64,000 nt of DNA from Bacteroidota bacterium (lineage in GTDB: Bacteria > Bacteroidota > Bacteroidia > NS11-12g > UBA955), in assembly GCA_013205405.1 (NCBI GenBank), contig JABMMZ010000015.1, positions 75,586 to 139,585 of the forward strand, in the 5' to 3' direction. Shown here piece after piece: positions 36,810-45,870 of this stretch. Position 1 is the first letter of the stretch; each line of letters begins with the position of its first letter. The notes under the pieces are model-generated. The model searched no databases. It was not told where the DNA came from and saw only the letters and a list, made by a program, of their open reading frames with translations. Both the position numbers and the translations under genes were made by a program.

Positions 36810-38099
36810 ATGTCAAATAAACTGATAGTAGGATTAGATATTGGAACAACAAAAGTTTGTGCAATAGTTGGCCAAAAAAACGAAAACGGAAAAATTAATA
36901 TTCTAGGCGTAGGATCAGAGCCATCATTAGGAGGCGTTATGCGTGGAGAAGTGGCCAATATTTCAAAAACCGTAGATGCCATAAAAGGAGCGATAGCCAA
37001 AGCCTCTAAAATTTCAAATGTAGACATAGCAGCTGTGTATGTTGGCATAGCAGGCGAACATATCAAGAGCTTTCAACAAACTGGTGTAAGAATTAGAGAA
37101 AATTCAGAAACTGGTATTACAAAAGCAGAGCTTTTAGAAATGAATACAGAACAATATAGAATAGCTGTAGAACCAGGCTCTAAAATACTACATGCATTAG
37201 CGCAAGAATATACTATTGATAACAGATTTAATTCTAAAGAACCCGAAGGAATGCCTGGAACCAAATTAGAATGCAAGTACCATGTAGTAACAGGTCGAAT
37301 AAGCGCTGCAAGAACCATTCAACAATGTGTAGAAACATCCGGATTGATAGCAACAGATATTATTGTTGAGCCTATTGCATCTGCATTAGCGGTTCTAAGT
37401 ACCGAAGAATTAGAAGCTGGCATAGCCATTTTAGATATTGGAGGAGGTACTACAGATTTAGCCATTTTTCATAATGGAAAAATAAGACACACAGCAGTTA
37501 TTCCATTTGGTGGCGAAATAATTACGGCAGATATAGCCGAAGCTTTTGGTATTTTACCAAAACAAGCAGAAATGATAAAAGTAAAACATGGCCACGCCTT
37601 AGTTGAAGGAACCAAAAGTAACGAAGTAATTATTGTACCAGGTATAAATGATAGAAAGCCAAAACAAATAATGGTGCGTAATTTAGCACATGTAATTCAT
37701 GCCAGAATGAACGAAATCATTGAAATGGTAAGTGATGAAATTGATATTTCTGGGTATAAAAATAAGTTGAATTTAGGAATAGTTTTAACAGGTGGTGGTG
37801 CACAATTAAATGACCTTTCGCAATTGGTAGAATATATTACCCACTGCGATGTTAAAATAGGCCTACCTGATCCTCACTTAGGAAAAGGATTAATAGAAGA
37901 AGTGCGTAGTCCGATGTTTGCAACCTGTATTGGTTTGGTGTTAAAAGGGTTTGAAGATATGGAGCCTAATAATGAGAAAACCAATAATCCTAAAGAAAAA
38001 GTTAAAACAAAAAACAATAGCGGTGGATTATTAAGTGGATTCCTTGGTGGATTTAAAAAATGGATGGATGACGATTCAGCAATGGACGATTTTAAATAG
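36810..38099 (+). CDS. ftsA: Cell division protein FtsA
   Basis: 429 aa. Actin-fold motifs (VGLDIGTTKVCA, ILDIGGGTTDLA) and a C-terminal amphipathic tail. Confidence 0.93.
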   Translation: MSNKLIVGLDIGTTKVCAIVGQKNENGKINILGVGSEPSLGGVMRGEVANISKTVDAIKGAIAKASKISNVDIAAVYVGIAGEHIKSFQQTGVRIRENSETGITKAELLEMNTEQYRIAVEPGSKILHALAQEYTIDNRFNSKEPEGMPGTKLECKYHVVTGRISAARTIQQCVETSGLIATDIIVEPIASALAVLSTEELEAGIAILDIGGGTTDLAIFHNGKIRHTAVIPFGGEIITADIAEAFGILPKQAEMIKVKHGHALVEGTKSNEVIIVPGINDRKPKQIMVRNLAHVIHARMNEIIEMVSDEIDISGYKNKLNLGIVLTGGGAQLNDLSQLVEYITHCDVKIGLPDPHLGKGLIEEVRSPMFATCIGLVLKGFEDMEPNNEKTNNPKEKVKTKNNSGGLLSGFLGGFKKWMDDDSAMDDFK

Positions 38100-38108
38100 A
38101 AAACAAAA

Positions 38109-39428
38109 ATGAATTATTTTAAAGTAGAATTACCAAAAGACGCATCATCCATTATAAAAGTAATGGGTGTAGGCGGTGGCGGCAGCAATGCTGTTAATTA
38201 TATGCACAGTAAAGGAATAGTGGGCGTTGATTTCTTTTTGTGCAATACCGATGCGCAGCATTTAGAACGCAGTCCAGTATTAAATAAAATACAATTGGGC
38301 AGCAAACTTACAGAAGGATTAGGAGCAGGCGGAGATCCAGAATTTGGTAAACGTTGCGCCATGGAAAGTTTAGATCAAATAGAAGAAGCGCTACGTCACA
38401 ATACCAAAATGTTATTTATAACAGCAGGTATGGGTGGTGGAACTGGTACCGGTGCAGCTCCAATTATTGCTCAAAAGGCACGTCAAATGGGTATTTTAAC
38501 TATTGGAATAGTAACACGTCCATTTATCAGTGAAGGTCCTCAAAAGGCTGAAAAAGCAGAAATGGGTATTGCCGATTTGAAACCACATGTAGATGCTCTT
38601 TTAGTAATTAGCAATGAGCGCATTTGGCAAATGTTTCCAAATACTAAATATTCAGAAGGATTAAGTAAAGTAGATGATATATTATTTACTGCTTCAAGAG
38701 GTATTGCTGAAATAATAACCAAAGAAGGTTACATGAATGTGGATTTTAGAGATGTAAAAACAGCCATGGAAAACAGTGGAAGAGCTTTAATGGGTTCGGG
38801 AATGGCGGTTGGTGATGATAGAGCAATGATAGCTGCTCAGCAAGCACTAGATTCTCCTTTATTAGATGACAATAGTATTGAAGGGGCTAAACATATTTTA
38901 GTAAATATAAGTTTTGGTAATGACGAGCCGTTTACCAACGAGGTTAATATGATTATCGTTTTTTTCCAGCAGCAAGCTGGTTTAAAAGCGAATTTAAAAT
39001 TTGGATTGACCCATAATGAAAATCTAGACAAAGAATTAGCCATTACATTGGTAGCTACTGGATTTGAAAATAATGCCGAATTATTTGAAAAAAGTGTTTT
39101 AGATGAAAATGATGGTGTTATTGAAATTGACTTTATGAATGCGGAAACAATTGTTTTACCTATAGAAAATCAGGTATCAATCATACAACCTATTTTTGAA
39201 CCAATGCTGCGTCCGTTAAGAGATAATAACAAAGAATCAATAGAAAAACCTAATAGAGATGCTGGCAATTCAATGGATACACCTGCCTATAAACGTTACA
39301 ATATTGAACTTGAAGAACTGCAACAAGGAGTAGAGGTTTCTAAGGTATTTTTAGAAGAAGAAAAAGAAAATAAAACAGCTAGGTTTAAAGAAGGTGGCAA
39401 TAAATATTTGCATGATAATGTAGATTAA
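38109..39428 (+). CDS. ftsZ: Cell division GTPase FtsZ
   Basis: 439 aa. Tubulin signature GGGTGTGAAP and NTDAQ motif, with a long variable C-terminal linker. Confidence 0.95.
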   Translation: MNYFKVELPKDASSIIKVMGVGGGGSNAVNYMHSKGIVGVDFFLCNTDAQHLERSPVLNKIQLGSKLTEGLGAGGDPEFGKRCAMESLDQIEEALRHNTKMLFITAGMGGGTGTGAAPIIAQKARQMGILTIGIVTRPFISEGPQKAEKAEMGIADLKPHVDALLVISNERIWQMFPNTKYSEGLSKVDDILFTASRGIAEIITKEGYMNVDFRDVKTAMENSGRALMGSGMAVGDDRAMIAAQQALDSPLLDDNSIEGAKHILVNISFGNDEPFTNEVNMIIVFFQQQAGLKANLKFGLTHNENLDKELAITLVATGFENNAELFEKSVLDENDGVIEIDFMNAETIVLPIENQVSIIQPIFEPMLRPLRDNNKESIEKPNRDAGNSMDTPAYKRYNIELEELQQGVEVSKVFLEEEKENKTARFKEGGNKYLHDNVD

Positions 39429-39525
39429 AATTATACCTTAATTTCGATTAATAAGATAATATTTTATTTTTAGTTTACACTTTTTATTTCTTTTCCTCTT
39501 TTCTGCCTTATTTTCGCAGCAATAA

Positions 39526-40626
39526 ATGCTAACGGTAAACAATATTTTAGAAACTATTGAAGCAGTAGCTCCGCTTGTTTATCAAGAAGATTATGATAAT
39601 GCCGGGCTTATAACAGGCAATAGAGAGCAGCTTGTAACAGGTGTTATGTTAAGTTTAGACACCACAGAAGAGGTTGTGGAGGAAGCCATTGCGAATAATT
39701 GTAATTTAATAATAGCCCATCATCCAATAGTATTCAAGGGTTTAAAAAAAATTAATGGTTCTAATTATGTAGAAAAAACGATCATAAAAGCCATTAAAAA
39801 TGATATTGCAATATATGCTGCTCATACCAATTTAGACAATGTTTTGCAAAATGGTGTTAATCAAAAATTGGCAGAAGTAATTGGTCTTCATAATATTTCA
39901 ATTTTAGCTCCTAAGTCCGAATTACTTCAAAAATTGTCCATATTTATTCCTCATGAGAATTTAGAACAATTAAAAAATGCATTGTTTGAAATAGGAGCAG
40001 GAAATATTGCAAACTATAGCGAATGCAGTTTTAGTACCCAAGGAATAGGAACTTTTAAACCTACTTTAAATGCTCAACCAATAAAGGGTACACAAGGAAT
40101 TTCTGAATCAGTAAATGAGGTTAAATTAGAAGTAATATTGCCAGGCTACTTAAGTCAAAAAGCAATACAAGTGGCAAAAAAAATACATCCGTATGAAGAA
40201 ATGGCCTACGATTTGGTGCCATTAGCTAATGCAAACCAAGCAATAGGCGCAGGTGCTATTGGTGAGTTGGAACATGAAATGGAGAGCCAAGATTTTCTAA
40301 AATTGTTAAAAGAAAAATTAAATTTATCGGTAGTAAAACATACCGAGTTCAATAATAGAATAAAAAAGGTAGCAGTTTGCGGAGGTGTTGGTAGTTTTTT
40401 AATTCATAAGGCTAAAGACGCTAAAGCTGATGCCTATGTTACTTCCGACCTTAAATACCACGAATATTTTGATGCCGAAAATCATATACTGCTCTGCGAT
40501 GTAGGGCATTATGAATCAGAAATTTACACTTTAGATATTTTTTACGAGCTAATTAAAGAAAAATTCCCTACTTTTGCAGTCGTTTTTTGCAAAAAAAAGA
40601 CAAACCCAATTCAATATTTTAAATAA
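39526..40626 (+). CDS. Nif3-like dinuclear metal centre protein (GTP cyclohydrolase 1 type 2 homologue)
   Basis: 366 aa. DYDNAGL, IIAHHP and YAAHTNLD motifs, with an inserted PII-like domain. Confidence 0.85.
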   Translation: MLTVNNILETIEAVAPLVYQEDYDNAGLITGNREQLVTGVMLSLDTTEEVVEEAIANNCNLIIAHHPIVFKGLKKINGSNYVEKTIIKAIKNDIAIYAAHTNLDNVLQNGVNQKLAEVIGLHNISILAPKSELLQKLSIFIPHENLEQLKNALFEIGAGNIANYSECSFSTQGIGTFKPTLNAQPIKGTQGISESVNEVKLEVILPGYLSQKAIQVAKKIHPYEEMAYDLVPLANANQAIGAGAIGELEHEMESQDFLKLLKEKLNLSVVKHTEFNNRIKKVAVCGGVGSFLIHKAKDAKADAYVTSDLKYHEYFDAENHILLCDVGHYESEIYTLDIFYELIKEKFPTFAVVFCKKKTNPIQYFK

Positions 40627-40630
40627 AAAA

Positions 40631-41431
40631 ATGGTAGACATATCAATAGAAAAAAAGCTTAAAGCCTTGTGGGAACTACAAGAAATTGATTCTAAAATAG
40701 ATCAATTAAACCTTTTAAAAGGTGAATTACCAATAGAAGTAGCCGATTTGGAAGATGATATAGTAGGATACGAAACGCGCACAGAAAACATAAAAGCAGA
40801 CATAAAAGGCTACGAAACTGAAATTGCGAACTACAAAACCAATATCAAACAATTTCAAGATTTACAAAAAAAATACAAAACTCAATTAGATTCAGTTAAA
40901 AATAACAGAGAGTTTGAAGCTTTGAATAAAGAAATTGAAATTTCTGGCTTAGAAGTTTTAGCTGCTGAGAAAAGAATTAAAGAAACTCAGTTTCATATTG
41001 TTGCTAAAACAGAAAGTTTAGATAAAGTAAACGAAGAAATTGAAAGCAGAAAAAAAGACTTAGAGTTTAAGAAAAAAGAACTTAAAACTATTGTTGCAGA
41101 TACTGAAAGCGAAGAAAAAGATTTAAACAAAGAGCGTGTAGGCATTGAAAAACTAGTAGACGAAAGACTTTTAAAAGCCTTCAATAGAATTAGAAAAAAT
41201 GTAAAAAATGGTATTGCCATAGCATCAATTATGCGTGGAAGTTGTGGTGGTTGTTTTTCTAAAATTCCACCTCAAAGACAAAGCGATATCAAACAGCATT
41301 TTAAAGTAATAGACTGCGAACATTGCGGTAGAATACTTGTGGACAATGCTGTAACAGGCATAGTGAGTATATTAGAAACAGAGGAAGAAAAACCGAAACG
41401 CAGAGTGCGCTCACTAAAAGCAACTAAATAA
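40631..41431 (+). CDS. Coiled-coil protein with C-terminal C4 zinc ribbon (COG1579-type)
   Basis: I prefer the start at MVDISIEKK (40631), 4 nt after the nif3-like stop. The longer tracked ORF (40574) overlaps nif3. Long coiled coil followed by CGGC...CEHCGR. Confidence 0.8.
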   Translation: MVDISIEKKLKALWELQEIDSKIDQLNLLKGELPIEVADLEDDIVGYETRTENIKADIKGYETEIANYKTNIKQFQDLQKKYKTQLDSVKNNREFEALNKEIEISGLEVLAAEKRIKETQFHIVAKTESLDKVNEEIESRKKDLEFKKKELKTIVADTESEEKDLNKERVGIEKLVDERLLKAFNRIRKNVKNGIAIASIMRGSCGGCFSKIPPQRQSDIKQHFKVIDCEHCGRILVDNAVTGIVSILETEEEKPKRRVRSLKATK

Positions 41432-41451
41432 TTTAAAACCAAAGCTACTGT

Positions 41452-42972
41452 ATGCTTGGTTTTAAAATATTAAAAAGGAGTAAAAAGTTTTGTATTCCTT
41501 TTTTTATACTTTTTGCAAGTTTCAGTACTTATAGCAAAGCAAGTTTTACTTTTTCGCCCAATATTTTAAAAGCGCAAAATTTAATTTTTGATTTAAAACT
41601 TGATGAGGCTGAAAAGATTCTAGTCACTGAAGCAGCAATTACAAAAGATAATTTAGCTATCCCATGGCTTCAAGAGTATGTGCTTTTTTACAAAAATTTT
41701 ATACTTGAAGAGGAAATACTTTATAATAATTCACTCAAGGTCTGGGATAATTGCATAGCCTCAGCCGAAAAAATTAAGACAAATGATGCCTGGCACAGGT
41801 TCGTGCTGTCAGATATGTATTTGCACAGAGCATTAGTGAAATTAAAAATGGAAGCTAATATTTCTGCTGGCAATGATTTAAAAAAAGCCTACACCTTGTT
41901 AAAAGAGAATGAGAAATTATTTTACTCATTTTTACCCGATAATAAAAATTTTGGATTGATTCAAGCCGCTATCAGTTCGGTACCTAAAAGCTATTCCTGG
42001 CTAACTAACCTTATGGGTTTTGAAGGCAATTTGATTGAGGGCTCAAAAAAAATTGAAGCGTATCTAAACAGTGAGCAAAAAGCAGTTGAGCATATTAATT
42101 TAAAAATAGAAACGGCCTTTATTTTTGCATTACTGCAGCATCATTTACAAAAAAATGCCAATGCCGCTTGGAAAACGATTACACCTTATACTATGGGCTA
42201 TAAAACCAGTATGTTGCAAAATTATATGCGTGCTACTATTGCTAACTATGCGGGTAAAAATGATGAAGTAATAAATATTATTTCACAAAAACCAAGTTAT
42301 AGCAGTACTTTTCCTTTTTATTTTATGGATTATTTATTAGGATGTGCCAAATTGAAAAAATTAGATACACAAGCCGATATACATTTCAAAATTTATACAA
42401 TTAAATTTAAAGGCAAGCAATATAAGAAATCTGCTTATCGCTACTTGGCATGGAGTTGTATTCTGCAAAATGATTTGCCAACAGCAGATATCTATTATAC
42501 CTTATGTTCAAAAAATGGCAGTAATTTGCAAGAAGAAGATAACCAAGCCCAAAAAGAGGCTAAGGAAATAATAAAATGGCCAGCTATTTTGCTAAAACCA
42601 CGTTTATTATTTGATGGCAAGTACTATGGTCAATCCTTAACCTTATTGAATTCTATTAAGGAAAATGACTTAATTCATTTAAAGTGTAAGCTTGAACTAT
42701 TGTATAGAAAAGCACGTGTTTATCACGAAACAAATGATTATGCGAATGCACTATTATTGTATGATAAAGTTATAAAAGAAGGTACTAACGAAAGTTACTA
42801 TTATGCTGCTTACGCTACCCTGCAAATGGGCTTTATTTATGAATTTCAAAAGAAAAACGCCTTAGCAATTCAATATTATAAAAAGGCAAAAAATGACTTT
42901 TCTAAAAATTTAGAATATCGCAATTCTATTGAACAAAAAGCAAAAGCTGGGATCAAAAGATTAGGTAGTTAA
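41452..42972 (+). CDS. Secreted TPR-like helical repeat protein, unknown function
   Basis: 506 aa. N-terminal hydrophobic signal, all-helical repeat character, and TPR-like repeats near the C-terminus (YANALLLYDKVIKEG..., ALAIQYYKKAKNDF). Confidence 0.65.
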   Translation: MLGFKILKRSKKFCIPFFILFASFSTYSKASFTFSPNILKAQNLIFDLKLDEAEKILVTEAAITKDNLAIPWLQEYVLFYKNFILEEEILYNNSLKVWDNCIASAEKIKTNDAWHRFVLSDMYLHRALVKLKMEANISAGNDLKKAYTLLKENEKLFYSFLPDNKNFGLIQAAISSVPKSYSWLTNLMGFEGNLIEGSKKIEAYLNSEQKAVEHINLKIETAFIFALLQHHLQKNANAAWKTITPYTMGYKTSMLQNYMRATIANYAGKNDEVINIISQKPSYSSTFPFYFMDYLLGCAKLKKLDTQADIHFKIYTIKFKGKQYKKSAYRYLAWSCILQNDLPTADIYYTLCSKNGSNLQEEDNQAQKEAKEIIKWPAILLKPRLLFDGKYYGQSLTLLNSIKENDLIHLKCKLELLYRKARVYHETNDYANALLLYDKVIKEGTNESYYYAAYATLQMGFIYEFQKKNALAIQYYKKAKNDFSKNLEYRNSIEQKAKAGIKRLGS

Positions 42973-43093
42973 AGCTATATTTATTAGCAGTAATTGGTAT
43001 AAAAGTTGAAAAAACAATACCTATTCCAACATAATAACGGAACACAGCAGCAACCACTATAACCCATACAGTATTTTTTTTATTTAAAATACT

Positions 43094-43101
43094 TACTTTT
43101 G
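43094..43101 (+). promoter_or_regulatory. -7 promoter box (TACTTTTG) abutting the SDR gene start
   Basis: Exact TAnnTTTG. Its 3' G lies 4 nt before the ATG at 43106, which implies a leaderless mRNA. Confidence 0.4.
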
Positions 43102-43105
43102 CATT

Positions 43106-43891
43106 ATGATTATCAATTTGCAAGGAAAAAATGCAGTTGTATGCGGCAGCACACAAGGAATAGGGAAGGCAATAGCTTTGCAGTTAGCCTTATCAGGAGC
43201 CTCTGTTATTTTGGTAGCAAGAAATGAAGAAAAATTAGTGGGGACAATATCTGAACTAGATACGACTCAAAATCAAAAACACACTTATTATATAGCAGAT
43301 TATAGCAATGTAAATGAGGTAAAACAAATAGCCGACAAAATAGCGGCAAATCACTCAATACATATACTTGTTAATAATACAGGTGGTCCTCCTTCTGGAA
43401 AAGCCATAGATGCAAAGGTGGATGAATTTTTAACCGCTTTTAACAATCATTTAATTAATAATCATCAAATGGTGCAAGCGTTTGTACCTAGCATGAAAAA
43501 TGAAAAATATGGTAGAATTATTAATATTATTTCTACTTCTGTAAAAATTCCATTGCATAATTTAGGGGTAAGCAATACTATTAGAGGGGCGGTTGGCAAT
43601 TGGGCAAAAACATTGGCCAATGAACTCGCCCAATTTAACATAACAGTTAATAATATTTTACCAGGTGCCACAGAAACAGAAAGACTAAGCACCATTATTA
43701 CCAGTAAATCGAATCAACAAAATGTAGCCTTAGAAAATGTAAAAAATGATATGCTGCACGAAATACCTATGGGTCGTTTTGGAAAGCCAGAGGAGGTAGC
43801 CTATGCGGCAGCATTTTTAGCTTCTAGCATGGCAGCCTATATTACAGGTACTAGTGTGGTGGTAGATGGAGGGCGAACGGCATGCCTATAA
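43106..43891 (+). CDS. Short-chain dehydrogenase/reductase (FabG-like)
   Basis: 261 aa. GSTQGIGKAIA cofactor motif and NNTGG. Classical SDR length. Confidence 0.85.
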   Translation: MIINLQGKNAVVCGSTQGIGKAIALQLALSGASVILVARNEEKLVGTISELDTTQNQKHTYYIADYSNVNEVKQIADKIAANHSIHILVNNTGGPPSGKAIDAKVDEFLTAFNNHLINNHQMVQAFVPSMKNEKYGRIINIISTSVKIPLHNLGVSNTIRGAVGNWAKTLANELAQFNITVNNILPGATETERLSTIITSKSNQQNVALENVKNDMLHEIPMGRFGKPEEVAYAAAFLASSMAAYITGTSVVVDGGRTACL

Positions 43892-44787
43892 AAGTATGGA
43901 TAAAAGCAGCAAGACTGCGCACATTACCATTGGCGATAGCTGGAGCAATATCAGGCAATTTAATGGCATTAGCAGAAAAAAAATCACTCCATCTTACTAT
44001 TTTTATTTTAAGTGTTCTTACAGCAGTTGCATTGCAAGTGCTCAGTAATTATGCAAATGATTATGGCGATTTTAAAAATGGTGCCGATACCAGTGAGCGA
44101 AAAGATAGGGTAATGGCAAATGGCGAAATATCTGAAATAGCAATGGCAAAAGGCATTAAATATTTAGTGATAATTTGCCTCATTTTAGGCACTACATTAT
44201 TAACTGTTTCTATAAAAAATATTGGTGTTAGTTCTATTTTTTTATTCTTATTTGGTATTTTAGGTATTGCTGCCGCTTATTTTTATACTGCTGGCAAAAA
44301 GCCATATGGATACATAGGCTTGGGCGATTTAGCTGTATTCTTATTTTTTGGATACCTAGCCGTAATGGGTACATATTTCTTACAAACAAGTACTTTAAAC
44401 TCTCACATTTGGTGGGTGGCATCTGCTATTGGTTTATTAAGTGTAGGGGTTTTAAATGTCAATAATATAAGAGATATAGAAACGGATAAACTAAAAAATA
44501 AAATAACTATCCCTGTTAATATTGGCCATAATAACGCCATAAAATACCATGTTTTTTTAATGGCCTCAGCTTGTATTTGTTTTCTTGTGTATGTTTACTA
44601 TCAGTATAATCATCCATTGCAAATGTCTTTTTTACTCATTTTGCCATTATTCTTAAAACATATTATGGCATTAAGAAAAGCTAAAAAAGAAGAAAGAATA
44701 AGTTATAACATGCAACTCAAAAAACTCTCAATTTTAACACTCTTTGTAAGTTTAATATTCTCTATTAGTCAAATTTATTTTTCGTAA
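43882..44787 (+). CDS. menA: 1,4-dihydroxy-2-naphthoate polyprenyltransferase
   Basis: 301 aa UbiA-family membrane protein. ARLRTLPLA N-terminus and NDYGD and NNIRDIETD Asp-rich motifs. Confidence 0.88.
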   Translation: MPIKVWIKAARLRTLPLAIAGAISGNLMALAEKKSLHLTIFILSVLTAVALQVLSNYANDYGDFKNGADTSERKDRVMANGEISEIAMAKGIKYLVIICLILGTTLLTVSIKNIGVSSIFLFLFGILGIAAAYFYTAGKKPYGYIGLGDLAVFLFFGYLAVMGTYFLQTSTLNSHIWWVASAIGLLSVGVLNVNNIRDIETDKLKNKITIPVNIGHNNAIKYHVFLMASACICFLVYVYYQYNHPLQMSFLLILPLFLKHIMALRKAKKEERISYNMQLKKLSILTLFVSLIFSISQIYFS

Positions 44788-44794
44788 AATAGCA

Positions 44795-45862
44795 ATGGGA
44801 TTGCAAGCTAAAATACAGAAGCATACTTTAGTTTTTAAAAAAGCTGCCACCACTAGTAGAGGAGAATATAAGGAACGTATTATTTATTTATTAGAGATTT
44901 GGAATGCAGTAAATCCTGAAATAATAGGAACAGGAGAGTGCGCACCCTTGGCAGGATTGAGTATAGATGATGTGCCAGAATACGAATCTGTATTGCAAAC
45001 TTTAGTAAAACAAATAAATAACAATAAATCTACTGATAGTATCGATTTTAATGCATTTCCAAGTATTAAGTTTGGATTAGAAACAGCCTTGCTCGATTTA
45101 AAATTCGGTGGAAACAAAATAATATTTCAAAATTTTTATGCTATTGGAAAGCAAGGCGTTCCTATTAATGGCCTAATATGGATGAATGAAATTGACAAAA
45201 TGCGCGATGAGTTAATTCAGAAAATAGCGCAAGGTTTTGAATGTATTAAAATAAAAATTGGGTCTTTAGATTTTGATGAAGAATGTAAATTATTAGAATT
45301 CGTAAGGCAACAAAAAGGAGGCGAAAAATTAATATTGAGAACTGATGCCAATGGTGCGTTTACAAATGATGATGCCTTAAGGAAATTAAAAGAACTAAGA
45401 CGGTATAATTTGCATAGTATTGAACAACCAATAAAAAAAGGCAATACTGATTTTATGGCGGAATTGGTGGCTAAATCACCTGTGTCTATTGCTTTAGACG
45501 AAGAATTGATAGGCACTTTTAATAAAAAAGATATTTTTAATTTGTTAAAAAATATCAATCCCGCATTTATTGTTTTAAAGCCCAATTTATTAGGTGGTTT
45601 TATTCAAACAGACACTTGGATAAAAACAGCACAAGAATTAAATATAGGGTATTGGATAACTTCGGCCTTAGAGAGTAATATTGGCTTAAATGCTATAGCA
45701 CAATATACTGCAAATTTGAATATTGGCGGTTATCAAGGTTTAGGTACTGGGCATTTGTATGTCAATAATTTTAAACCCAATACCAGTATTAAACATGGCT
45801 ATATTTGGTGTGATATGGGTAACGAAGTTTCAGATAATTCTGAATATCCATATAATGAATAA
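44795..45862 (+). CDS. menC: o-Succinylbenzoate synthase (enolase superfamily)
   Basis: 355 aa. Enolase-superfamily layout (KIKIG, LRTDANGAF, IEQP, ALDEEL). Lies directly after menA. Confidence 0.75.
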   Translation: MGLQAKIQKHTLVFKKAATTSRGEYKERIIYLLEIWNAVNPEIIGTGECAPLAGLSIDDVPEYESVLQTLVKQINNNKSTDSIDFNAFPSIKFGLETALLDLKFGGNKIIFQNFYAIGKQGVPINGLIWMNEIDKMRDELIQKIAQGFECIKIKIGSLDFDEECKLLEFVRQQKGGEKLILRTDANGAFTNDDALRKLKELRRYNLHSIEQPIKKGNTDFMAELVAKSPVSIALDEELIGTFNKKDIFNLLKNINPAFIVLKPNLLGGFIQTDTWIKTAQELNIGYWITSALESNIGLNAIAQYTANLNIGGYQGLGTGHLYVNNFKPNTSIKHGYIWCDMGNEVSDNSEYPYNE

Positions 45863-45870
45863 TCAATAAA

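Noticed and set aside
36662-37066. 134-aa minus-strand ORF spanning the ftsQ/ftsA junction
   Set aside because: It is antisense to two highly conserved genes, and its product has no features of a real protein.
45217-45585. 122-aa minus-strand ORF inside menC (a 77-aa one lies at 44884-45117)
   Set aside because: It is antisense to the enolase-superfamily gene and has no independent support.
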